DNA from: Vitrella brassicaformis CCMP3155
Taxonomy: Eukaryota > Protista > Chromerida
Length of the DNA: 64,000 nt
Reading direction: 5' to 3'
Assembly: GCA_001179505.1 (NCBI GenBank)
Contig: CDMY01000438.1
Span: 12,320-76,319, forward strand
Position numbers and translations under genes: made by a program. Below the pieces are notes generated by a model that made no database searches, was not told the DNA's origin, and saw only the letters and a list, made by a program, of their open reading frames with translations. Positions 24,401-36,204 of this stretch are shown piece by piece. Numbering within the stretch: the stretch's first letter is position 1; every line of letters starts with the position of its first letter.

Positions 24401-27090
24401 GCATAATCCCCAGCAGCCGCAGCAGCAGCAGCCTTCCCCGGCCAGCCCCACGATGTCGCCCCCCATCCGGATTCTGAAGCGTGGCGCCCCCGCGAGCGGC
24501 TCATCCCAGTCGCCCTCTCCCTCTCCCTCTCCATCCCACGATGACAGCGGCAGCGGCAGCGATGACCTCGACCATGCCGCACTGCCACAGTCGGCCAATG
24601 CCAGTGCCAATGCCGCACCGGTCCTCAGTATCAGCGACGGGGCCGTCAAGCACCTGATGGAAGTCCTGCCGCACCTCGGTATATGAGACGGGACGGAGGG
24701 AAATGGCTGGCCGCACTCTCGTGTTGTGTTCGTTGATGTGACTGACTGTTGTCTCTCTCTTCTCACACAACCACACACAGGTTGGGAGGAGGCCAGGAAT
24801 CTGCTGAGGTTGACTCAGTGTGATCTGGCGCGTGCAGTGGAGCACGGCCTCAAGCTCAAGACTGGCAAGCACCACCAGCAGCAGGCGATGGACGGGGGGT
24901 GCGGGGGCGGGACGGGCGAGACAGCGGGCGGCATGGGTGGGCGTGAGAGGAGCAGCACCGCCACTGGCAGCGGCAGCGATGTGTCAGACGGACGGTAAGC
25001 ATCTGCACACAACACACACGCGGGCAGGGGACACTGGAGGAATGTCTCTGTGTGTGGGGGGGCGGGGGGGGGCTTAGGGATGAGAGGGTGCAGCAGGAGG
25101 GCGGCCCACAGCCGCCCGTACTACCATCGCACGAACAGACGCAGCAACAGAGGGACGCACTAGGGTCAGCCATCCACACGACCTAGCACAACACCGTGGC
25201 TATGACTCCCTCCCCCATGTGTGTCCGCCGCCATGCCTGCAGTGACGACATCGAGCGCAGCCGTTCTCTCGGCCAGCGGCTGCCGATGCTCTGCATTGAA
25301 GATCCATTCGAAGCAAACAGGATGCTGTCGCCCGACTACAAGGTGGGTGGGCTTCCCCAACGTACCCGCCCTCACGCATATGCCCATCCTCTGTGTGTGT
25401 GTGTGTGTGTGTGTAGGGCCAAGAGCAGATCTGCGAGCACCTGCGGCGGACGCTGTACCTGCTCCACGCCATGAACGAGGCCTCATGGGCGCCGGCGAGG
25501 CTCCGCGAGATCCTCAGCCCACGACCCGTCGACCTGCAGCGGTACGGCAAGGACGACTCATTCTGGCCGCCCATCCCGCACTCGTTCAAAGAGCCCCCCC
25601 ACCCTCAGCCCCAACCCTCACACACCCATGCCACCACCGTGCAGCCCAGACCGCCCCCTCCCCCGCACCAGCAGCACGCCAAACACCACCACCACCACCA
25701 CCAGGAGCACCAGAATCATCAGCAGTATCATTATCAGCATCATCATCAGCAGCAGCAGCAGCATCGACCATACATGAGGCCCCCTCCCCCTCCCCCCACC
25801 CACAACAGCAGTGGGCTGCCTTTCCTGACGTCGTACGATGGCAGCATCAAGCGAGGAGGGTCCGATCAGCTTCATGATGCCGTCCAGAAGGCATATTGGT
25901 CGAAGCTTCACGACGCTGGCCTACTCGGCGGGTTTGGGAGAGTGGTGTCTAGCGGCAGCAGCAGCGGCAGCAGCAACGAGGAGGCGACACGTCAGCTCAA
26001 CCAGATAGTTGCGAGCATGCGTATGCAGCGACCGGCGGTGGGAGGGGGAGGGGCCCAGCTGGCGAGCCCGTCGTCGGGCAATGTGGGGGTGTCACCCACG
26101 AGACGCGACGAGGGGCTGCTGCCCATCCCATCCCCATCCACGCACAGTATCAGCAACCGTGGACCAACAGCAGTAGCTACCAATGACTTCGACCCACACT
26201 GGGGAGGGCGTCCGTTGGAGCCATGGCAGCCGGCACCCAGCGGGCCATCGCATCTCCCGAGCTCTTCGGTGGAGTGGCCGCGCTCTGTCGACACCCATGT
26301 CCGCCCCCGCAACCACCCGCCTCTCGACCGCAGACTGGGCCGTCGCATGCCGGACGCACCCATGGCCAGCGGGGGCGGCGGCGGGGGTGGGCCTCCCATG
26401 ATGCAGATGGTGGGTCCCTCAATGGGCGGCAGGGCCGACTGGACGTATGGGGTGTCTTTGGACAGTCCGTCGATGGATGGGCCGCCACCCACGATGCAGC
26501 AGCCATCACCCATGCAGATGCCTCCTCACCCGGACCAAAATCACCACATGCCTGGCCGACCAGGCCCGCCCGTCGACGACATGGCGCCACGGCCCTTCGG
26601 TCTGGGCCTTCGTGACGGCTGCATCGGGCCCCAGCAATTCCCGCCACACATCAACCAGCAGCCACAGCCGCACCAGCAGCACCAACAGCGGGATCAGCAG
26701 CAGATAGGCGACAACACGCCTTACAGCAACCACAGCGGGAGCGACTTCCAGCAGCCGCCGCCCTACATCCAGGCACCACCCCTCGCCAGCCCCAGTGGAG
26801 TCCACGCACAGGTGCCCCCCAGCACGTCGGAGAGCATCGCATCGTCCTCGCCCAGCATGTCGCCCAGCGGCCGGGCGACCACCGCGGCAAGTGCGGCGAG
26901 CAGCAGTCACCAGTCGGTCCACCCCCCACAGCACCACCGTGTGAGTGAGGTGTTCGGCCCGCCCGCCGAGGCCAGGTCGCTGCGGGTGTTCCCCACCTCC
27001 ATCCCGCTCGACACGCATGGCGGGGCACTGTCGGCTGGGCAGGTGGACCAGCATATCAGACGCATCTGGGACGAACCGGCCGACCAGTAG
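21436..27090 (+). CDS. Cid1/TUTase-like non-canonical nucleotidyltransferase (PAP-associated domain) with Q/H/P-rich tail
   Basis: 'LGSLASGFALKTSDVDV', 'ARVPILK', 'IDVSFNNQLGPINSALL', 'VKLWSKARNVNDAHQG|TLSSYAYILLLIFFLQ', 'LCIEDPFE'. Confidence 0.92.
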
Positions 27091-28338
27091 CTGAGCTGAT
27101 GGTGGATGGATGGATGGGTGCAGTGAGGCAGATAGGCTGTGGGTCGGGTCGATGGGTGGGTGGGTGTCGAGTTGATATGACTGACTGACACGTGTGTAGC
27201 TTACTTAGCTGGGGCAAAGGAGAGAGGAAGAAAGGGAGGGAGGGAGTATGGGGGTGGGTGGGTGGGTACTCTACTCTGGTCAGTGAGATATGCATGTCAT
27301 GAATCTCATTGTCCTGTTGGGAGACAGAGACAGACAGACAGTGACAGAGAGAGAGAGATATCTGCTAGCTGTTCGTTCCTTGTGGACACCAAGCCCAACA
27401 CCACAGGGCACGGCCGACAGAGGCAAGTCGTGTCCCTGCGGGCGGACGGACTGCCTTGGTCGGTCGGTGGATGCGTCCGTCCTACTGTAGTACACTCATT
27501 AGTTGCCGTACGTATGATTGAGCTGCAGCCACACAGGCAGGCAGCCAGCCAGGCCGGCCGTCTACTCTCCATGCATGCATTGTATTTGTTTGCAATATAT
27601 ACCCTTGCAATATATTCCCTTGCTCGCTCCAACTTTTACGTTTGCACGTCTGTCTTGCTCTTGAATGCCTAACAGTCATCATTTATGCTGTCTGTGTACA
27701 GGTCCATACGTCCGTCTGTGTGTGTTTGATTCGATTCGGTTGCCGATATATTGTTGAGCCAGCCAGCCAGAGAGTGCGCATCCTGCGCGGCGCGTGTACA
27801 GGGAGGGAGGGACATCTAGGTACGAATAGACAAGGCGAGACGAGGCGAGACGACGCGAGAGGAGTCATGCGCCGCGCCCAGCCGTCAGTCAGTTGTGCTT
27901 GCATGCAATTAAAGACAACACACAGTGCACCTGTCTATATGTCTGTTTGCCGTGCTTGGTGGATAGAGGGGGAGGGAAAAGGGAATGGGGAAGGAAGGTG
28001 TGCGTTGGTGGATGGTGCGGTGATGGATGCGTTGGTGGTTCAGTGGTATTCAGGCGGGATGCGGACCGACCGCTAGGTAGACCAGCCAGACGGACAATGC
28101 TGACTGAGTGCAGGGCCTGTCTGTCTGTACGTCATGTTAATGTCAGTCGGCGGTCTGGCTGCCTGCCATTGCTGCGAGAGACACGAGTACATGTGGGGTA
28201 TTCACCCAGCCAGCCACATGCATATAACTAACTATACACATAAGCACCCCAAACCCACAAAGAACTGGTCCACATTCTCATCGTGAGTGAAGTGACACGC
28301 ACCAGACAGACATACTTGACACACACCGACTGAAGAAG

Positions 28339-30510
28339 CTAAGCCACTGTCCCTTCCCCGCCGGCCTGGTCTTTTCCCTCTACCAGCCATTCGAAAGGAC
28401 ACATCTGCGCGGGAGACACACCGATGACCTCCTGAATGACGGCACGTGATGGCACCACGCCGATATCTCGCTCCAACCGTTTGTTAAAGTTCACCTCCTG
28501 TCCTTGATCACCGTCACGGCACAGCCAGGTGCCACGAAAGTAGACCCTCGCTGCGCCCTCGTCTGGCGCCAGCGATGCGAGCGCTTCAGACAAACTGCGC
28601 TTGATGATGTCGACGGAGCCTCTGTCGGGGCCCGTCGCTCCCTCCTTGCACGGGCCGCCGTAGATTGTCGTCAAGCTGCCGTACTCGGTCACAAAGACGA
28701 AGAAGCTGAAGCCGTGGAGAGTTGAGTATATGGGCTTGACAAAATAAGAGACGTAGCGCTCTCCTGCGAGTGTCGGGTCCATCTTCTGGTGGAACTCGGT
28801 GATGAGATCCTTAAGCGTGTCCGGCTCCCTTGCAGTGATGACGCCCCCAAACTTGCATCCATCGTCGACTGCATCAGGGACCAGCTGGCCTGCCGCCCTG
28901 CTCAAGTAAGTGACGGTATCGATGGCTCCGATGGCCTTCAAGTGACTGTAGAGGAGTCGGAGGAGCACCCCTGCGCCGGCAACGCCCTCCCATGGAGGTT
29001 CCCATCGCCCTCAATGGCTGTTTGAATGACGTCTCGAGCAAGGTCCGCATCAAGACGAGGGGCTTCCATAGCTATAAAGGGCTCTCGAACCCTGTCTGGC
29101 TGCGGCGGCTCGTTGCTGTAAAAGAGCGTCAGCAAGCCAGGAGCCCGCCCAGTCCAGGAGACGATACCAGCGTGTGTGCCTGAGCAGATGCCGCTCTCGA
29201 TCACATCGGAGATTCTCTCGACCCTCGGGATTTGCGGTTTGTACACGCCGCGGAAGCTGAAGCTCGAGTAGTACCTCCGGAGACTGTTCCCGAGTGCGGC
29301 GACGTGGCTCGAAAACACAAAGTAACGCTGCCGCTTGTTCAGAAAGTGCTGAAGAACATAGTCAGCCAGCTCCTTTGCCAATGGCTCTTCCTCGAACACA
29401 GTGTCTGGGGGGATGCGCCGGTTGAGTTCGTCAACAAAGAGGACCAGAGGGTCGCTGCCGAGCCACTCCTCCATAGTCCTACGGCTGACGGAGACAGTCT
29501 CCACCCAGTCGTCGAAGGTGAGTTGGGCTGTAGGCTTTCCCAGAGCCTGTGCACCTTCTCGAGAGCCTCCGGTGTTGCAGTGGCCCAGGCTATCCGCAAC
29601 GAGATGGATTACAGCGGGCTGCAGGCAGATAGCTCAAAGTCAGTGGGCACTGTCTGCTCGTTGAACCTGCAGAACGATGGATAGATGGCCACACACAAGA
29701 AGAAACAAACAGCTCATCATTGCTCAGTGAGTGTACGTGAATCAGCCTCTGTCTCTGTCTGTCTGCTTCTACATGCATACGTGATGAATAGGGCAGGGAT
29801 GCCCTGCGCGTGGAGGCCTGCCCCGATCTGCTTCATTAATCTCGTCTTCCCCCCACGCGAAAAACGAGTGATAATCATTGGCTCCACACGGACCACACGG
29901 TCGCGGTCGTTCGCTTTATAGTGCCCGACAAGCTTTCGCAAAATGTCACCGACTCGCTCCTGGCCGATGTAGGGCTGCCGCTGACTGGGGTCGAGAGCGA
30001 TGCTTGGCACATCTCGGACGCCAGGATCAATGGGCTCGGTGAGCCTGGCGACGCTGATAAGGTCGCCAGCCTTGAGCTCCACAGCATTTCTGTCGCTGAC
30101 ACCCAGCGGTCCGACCTGCCCGGCAGACTCGACAGCTGAGTCTGACACAGACAAACAGACAGGCACACAGAACTTGAGTGAGTGCTTGTCCGCCTCGTCC
30201 TCTCTCGCTGGCTGGCTGGCTGTCTCGCTCCACCCATCCAGCCAGCTAAGGAAGGAAGTGTACCTTCGGGGAACTCGCCGCTCGTGGCAGTTCCTTGACT
30301 CATCGGCACCAGCCTCGTGGCTGTCTTGAGCCGCCTCACTCGCCGCCAGGCAACACCGCTGCGGCCGCGCTGGTTCGCATGTAGGAATGTCATAGATGCC
30401 GGCACCGCCCTCTCAGCCACGGAGCACAGGAGCCATCCTCCCAGGATGACGAACAAGTACAAGACAGCCATCATCCACCCAGCGGTGAAGCGACACTGAG
30501 GATGGATCAT
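28339..30510 (-). pseudogene. Disrupted P-loop NTPase + C-terminal PD-(D/E)xK-like domain protein (Crinkler/RHS-effector-like)
   Basis: Walker A-like 'TRFSRGGKT' and Walker B 'LVLFVDELN'. In-frame TAA at 29609-29611. Apparent frameshifts near 29545 and 28995 with no splice sites to rescue them. Confidence 0.65.
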
Positions 30511-31039
30511 AAAAGCCTAAGCTCAGCTGGGGGTTCCCACACTGCAGTCAGTCAAACTACAACACAAACAAACAGGCACAACCACAAACAGGCCATCATG
30601 GCCGTGATGTGCAGTGCAATCAACCAACGTCATGCTGGATGGTCTCACTCACCACGGATCTGATCTGCCGCAGGTTCCTTCACCGTCGATGACACCACGA
30701 GGCTGACCACAGCAAGGAGCAACTTCATGCAATGCACCAGCTGGCCGACTCTTGAATCACGGACGGAATCGAGCTGTTCGGTCGCTGCTTCACACGCACG
30801 TTCGTGCTATGTATTGCCACACCTGTTCTCGCAATGAAGCACTCAAGCCACAGGTCCAGCATCTACACGCGCACGCTCTTTCCTCGCTGCTGGCCTCTCT
30901 CCCTCGGGCGATCCAAGCTCGCAAGGGATTTCCCACGGGAGCCTCGCCGTCAGCAGAAGCTTCTAGGTCCAGCTGCTGCCACTATGCAGATCCTGATGTT
31001 ACAGGATCAGATCTGAGCCTATATATCCTTTTACTTATC

Positions 31040-33089
31040 ATGGTGAGCAGTGCGTGGTTCACCCAGCAGCGGGGTATCCTGGGCTGGTGGCTGCGGACAT
31101 CCACCATGACCAAGGCCACTATCTCTATCCCCGTCGTCGTCGGACCCACCTACCTCTTCGTCAACAGACAAAAGAGCGTCAAAAGACAACAGTTCTACTA
31201 CGAAAGCGTCACTGAGAAGGTAGGTACGCAGGCGGTCACGCCTGTGCTGTGGGTGCTGGGTGCTGCAAGCGACACACAAATGGTTGTCTGGGTGTCTGTC
31301 TATCTGCCTGTCTGTCTGTCTGTCTGGGTGTCTGCTGTCATGATGAATCAATCAATCAGGTGTATTTGGATTTGGCGATTGGTAACCGATACATCGGTCG
31401 GATTTTGATAGGTCTGTACGGCAACCAGGTGCCTCTGACGTGCGAGAACTTCGTGCAGCTGATCAAGGGCTACAAGGTGGGCGACAAGATCATCGGCTAC
31501 CGCAACACCCTCTTCTACCGATCCACGCGCAACGTCTTCATGATGGGCGGGGACGTCATCCGAGGCACCGGCACACACGGACTCTCCATATATGGGCCGA
31601 AGTGAGTCTGTCAGTGAGTCAGTCAGTCAGTGAGGGAGTCAGTGAGTCAGGGAGCAAAGAATGCTGCCTGCCAAAACAACGCTACTCACCATTCCTGGAG
31701 AGGAGCAACCGAGGACTGTGAGTATGTGTGTGTGTGTGCACAGGTTCCCGGATGAGAACTTTCAGATGGAGTTCATCCAGGACGGCGATGTGGCCATGGT
31801 CTCAACTGGTGGGGAGGGACACACGTCAATCCACCCGCTCAACCAACCAACCAACCAGTCACTCATTCGACCATCCATCCATCCACTGCTGTCTGTCTGT
31901 CTGTCTGTGGTGGGTTGCGTGTAGGTCCGAATTCGAACAACAGTCAGTTCTTCATCACGTTCTCGCCCATGAGCAGGATAGAGCAGGGCCGCTGTGTGGT
32001 CTTCGGCACCGTCCTCAAGGGCATGAGGGTCGTCAGAGAGGTCGAGCAGCACAGCACGCGCGTCGGCAGACCCTGTGCGCCCATACGGTACGTAGGTAGC
32101 CAATACCCTCACTCAGCACATCTAACAGACAGACAGACAGACACAGACAAGACATCACACATCCACCCACTCAATCAGTCAATGCTGGCTGGGCTGATTG
32201 ACGTGCTGTCTGCCCATTGTCTGGCACTCTTCAGGATTATTGACTGTGGTCTGTGGGAGCCTGGCAAGGGTCCCGACAGCTTTACACTGCCCCGTGTGGC
32301 CAACATGGCCTTCCCCGAGGGTTTTGAGGACGAGGAGAGCGAGCCCGGCGTCAAGGAGCTGCTCGAGAGGAAGGAGTTCCTCGAGAAGCAACAGGGGACC
32401 TACACGGCCCCCGCAGACCCTGGCGAACGTACGCAAGCACACACACACGCACACGCCACGGAGAAACAGACAGACGGGCTGGACACACCGCTTCAGCCAT
32501 GCCCACACACGTCATCCATCCACCTGTGTGTGTGTGTGGTTGCATTGTTTCAGGGCTTGAAAGGATGGAGCGCCTGATAGAGGACATGCAGGACCTGCCT
32601 GTGCCGGTGCCCGAGAAGCCGCACCGGCCGCAGAGTGCTCCGCCCAAAGCCGACGGCGCCAGGAAGCCCCCTCCCAAGTACACCGTCAGCGAGACGGACT
32701 TCCGCAATATGACGCCCCAGCAACAGATGCAACACATTCAAAAGTCCAGGGGCCAAGGTGCGCCACTCAGCTATGCATGTCGACACATACACACACACAC
32801 ACACGTATCTATCATATCCTCCATCCATTCACCCATTTGTGTGTGTGGTGTGGTGTGTGCAGGATTGCACGATCTGCCGTTCCCCCAGCCATTCAACGCG
32901 TCTCGCGACGAGATCGAGGAGACGCACCAGTTGGGCTACACCAGGAGGGAGAGCCAACTGCCCTTCTGGTGGCACAGCGTCAACACGGAAATCGACAAGT
33001 TCCTCCGCATTCGCGAGGAGATGGACAACAAGATCCGGGCGCTGCGAGTCGAGAAGTTCAAACAGCTCCAGGAAGATCAAGGAAGATAA
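31040..33089 (+). CDS. Cyclophilin-type PPIase-like protein with N-terminal extension
   Basis: 'VYLDLAIGNRYIGRILIGLYGNQVPLTCENF', 'GGDVIRGTGTHGLSIYG', 'FPDENF', 'GPNSNNSQFFIT', 'VVFGTVLKGM', 'IIDCG'. Confidence 0.93.
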
Positions 33090-33572
33090 TCAGATCCACA
33101 GACAGACAGACGGCCGGTGGGGCGGAGGGTTTTACGGGTGGGTGTCTTGCCTGCCTTATGTATGTGCCACCTTCTGTCCAGTCCATGTGTGTGAGCCGAT
33201 GGATGGATGGATGGATGGATGAATGTAGTGTAGTCTACTGTATACACGTGTCTGCAACGGGTGTGTGGGTGTGTGGGTGTGCATTTTCAAGGCACCCCCC
33301 TCCCCGAACCTTCCTTCATTCTGTGTTGTGTACACGAGTGAGTGAGTGGACGGACGATGCCCTGCCCGTGTGGGTTGATTGTCTCGTGTGTGTACTACAA
33401 GCTCTTGTCAGTCAGTCAACAGCAAACACACCTCTGCAAGTGTCAGATGAGGAATTCAACGAATCACACTCACGAGAAACACGTGTATACGAATGTCGCT
33501 CCAGACGCCCGCCCATTCCTTCCTTCGGCCACCCCCACCCAGGCAGGTCATGTCAGTCAGTCAGTCAGTCAG

Positions 33573-34378
33573 TCAATAGTCAGTGGCCCCCTCGATATAC
33601 GAGTCGGCATTCAACGCGCCGTCCTTCTCCTCCTCCTTTCCCTCTTGACCCTTTTCCATCGCACCAGCCTTAGCCCCCTTCTCTGATTTCTCTTCAGCCT
33701 GTCCCGCGTCACCAGAGGGCTGTGGTGGTGTGTCTTGCTGGTCCTCCTCCGTTTCTGTGTCGGTGTCCACATCGGTCTCCTCCCCCAGTATGTCCTGCTC
33801 GTCGATCAAAGGCTGACTCTCTTGCTCCTCCTGCTGTGTCAGCTGCGGTGGAAGGCCACGAGGCAACGCGACGCGACGACGCCATCTGAGAGAGGGGAGA
33901 GAGCAACGAACGAACAGTGGGCAGATTCAGCTGTTTGTCGTGGCTGCGTATATATGTGTGGCCACCGCCGGCCTACCTACCTGCTTCGTGTGGGTGGTGG
34001 CCTGAGCAGCAAAGGCGCCTCGTAGCCTGGGTCCAGCAGGGAGAACACATACGCCCGCGACACTCGATACGTATTCCGCAGCACCTGCAGCCAGGCGGGA
34101 GGGACCAACGCAGACAGGACAGACGCCATGAATCACCAATCATCCATTCAACCACTCAAGATTGACTGTCCTCTGCCTGGCCGCATGGTTGTGCCATTAA
34201 TTGCCATGTACTGACTGTACGTACCCTTCTGATGAGTAGGCGGTCGTGCTCGTGTCGGATCTTGACCACACTGCCGCCGCCTATGGCATCCACGCCCGTC
34301 AGGCACCACAAACATGACACCACGGCAGCGATGGTCCATGCGATGGCTCTGCAGGGGCCTGCGCACACCCTGTCCATC
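33573..34378 (-). CDS. Small hypothetical protein, N-terminal hydrophobic segment and acidic tail, 3 exons
   Basis: Exons splice in frame: ...AIAWTIAAVVSCLWCLTG...LLIRR|VLRNTYRVSRAYVFSLLDPG...|RWRRRVALPRGLPPQ...TDY*. Confidence 0.55.
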
Positions 34379-34528
34379 CTCGCTGAGTCGCGCATGAAGA
34401 GATCGGTGCGGATGGACACGCTGAGGAGCCATTCTCAAGCTCGCACAGTGTTTCAGGAAAAGCCCTAAGCACAGAAGTCGCCACGAGAGCGATGCAGAAC
34501 CACCAGAGGAATCTGATGGACGGTCAGG

Positions 34529-35920
34529 ATGCTCAGAAAACCGAAAGCACCGCTGTCTGACTCATTCTCATACGTTGTCTTGAGATCAGTTGTGAGCGGT
34601 CGTTTCTGCGAGTTCCTGGAGGTCTGCACTCACGCCATCCTTTGCACGCGCAACGTCTACCCCAAAGGCACCCATACATAACACACACTGTCACTGGAGC
34701 CTAGCCTGTGGTTGCTGGCTGGCCTGAATGCAGAGCTGTTCTCGAGGGAGCGGCGGCTGGGCGATCTGCGGTGGTGAGCAAATGGGTCGTAAAGAACAGA
34801 GGGCAGGCAGACAGACTGGTGCGATGGATGGATGGATGGATGGATGGATGGACGGTTGGCGTGTGTTTGTGTGTGCTGCAGGTGGTGCAGGTCGCCTCGT
34901 GTATGTGAGTACACTGACAGGGTGTTCAGCAGCCTCAGGGATGTGATGAAGCAGCGGCTCCTCAGCAAAGTCATCATCGCCATACGCAGACTCGGAAAGG
35001 AAGAACGATTCGTATTCAAAGTCAGCCACACGCCAACCACCTCCCTCACACGCACCCCCCCCCCCGACACACCAACCCACACACACACCCCTCTGTCCCC
35101 TGTCCCTCTCCCAGTTCGATGCCAGCTGGCGTGAGTACCACCCCGACAGCACGCACATCAAGGACATCCTCCGCAGCCTGGAGGAGAACTTTCACTGCGC
35201 CCTCCTCGCCATGGAGACCCAAGTCAAGGCACGATTCCCACTCGACGCTGACAACAACGGGCAGCCTGCCGCTGCTGCAGCGGCTGCGGGTGCGGGTGGT
35301 GGTGGTGGTGGTGGCGGTGGTGGTGGTGTGGCCCCAGCGCCTAATGTGAGTTGGGAGGTGCGAATCGAGACCACCGAGAAGATCGATGTGGCCATGGGGG
35401 AGGAGGGGCGGAAGAGACTCCAAAAAGGTCAGTGGGTGGGCGGGGGGGGGTGTGGTTCCTCAGATGGATGAGACTCAGTGTGTGTGTGTGTCTGTGTGTG
35501 TGTGTGTGTTGGTTGCCTTTCAGACATAGGATTCACTCGTCTGGAAGAAGTCCGTCCGCACACAGATGGATGGACAGATACACCAAGTCATCGGTTCGTC
35601 CATCTTTGTGTGTGTGTGTGTTCAGGAGCAGAGTGCCGTCGACCGTCTGCAGTGCAACTGGGTGGCCACCGAGATGGTCCAGTCCGACCTATGCCAGCAG
35701 GCGGCATTGCAGGAGGCGGCAGACGACGACACCTTCTTTATCCGCCTCATCGACACCGACAGGCCCCTCATGCGTGTAAGTGATACCGGGGGGAGGGGCG
35801 AAGCGAAGATGGAGTGCGTTTCTGACCTCTGGGATTGATTTGTGCTGCGTGCAGGTGTACAGAGAGGAGGTGACTGAGCATGATGGGGCCGCCGCGGCCA
35901 ATGGTAGTGGCGTAGTCTGA
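34529..35920 (+). CDS. REV7: HORMA-domain protein, REV7/MAD2L2-like
   Basis: Spliced 'FCEFLEVCTHAILCTRNVYPK|ELFSRERR...W|WCRSPRVCEYTDRVFSSL...KVIIAI...ERFVFK' matches the REV7 pattern. Confidence 0.8.
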
Positions 35921-36204
35921 GTCAGAGGCTATGCAATTGCTTAGCAGACAGTCTGCACGCAGCCGTTGTACATAGACAGACGTGTGCTCTCTTGGAGGCT
36001 CAACTCATGAATGCGATCGCACCTGCGAGCTTAGCTGACACAATCAGAGGAAGAGGAAGAGCCCCAAAGACCACAGGTGACCACAAAGCAGCGAATTCCA
36101 AAGGTCCAACGAATCGACACCGATTGGCGACAACAGCTGAGACTCCGCACACCAACCCCCCACCCCCTCCTTGCGGCCGTGTGACTGGAGGAGTGCCATC
36201 CATC

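Noticed and set aside
27100-28330. Possible gene or ncRNA in the long spacer after the TUTase
   Set aside because: Only microsatellite-rich, UTR-like sequence with no coherent ORF or structure.
33573-34378. Faint resemblance to selenoprotein K/SelG
   Set aside because: No in-frame TGA near the C-terminus, no recognisable SECIS, and an acidic rather than Gly/Arg-rich tail.
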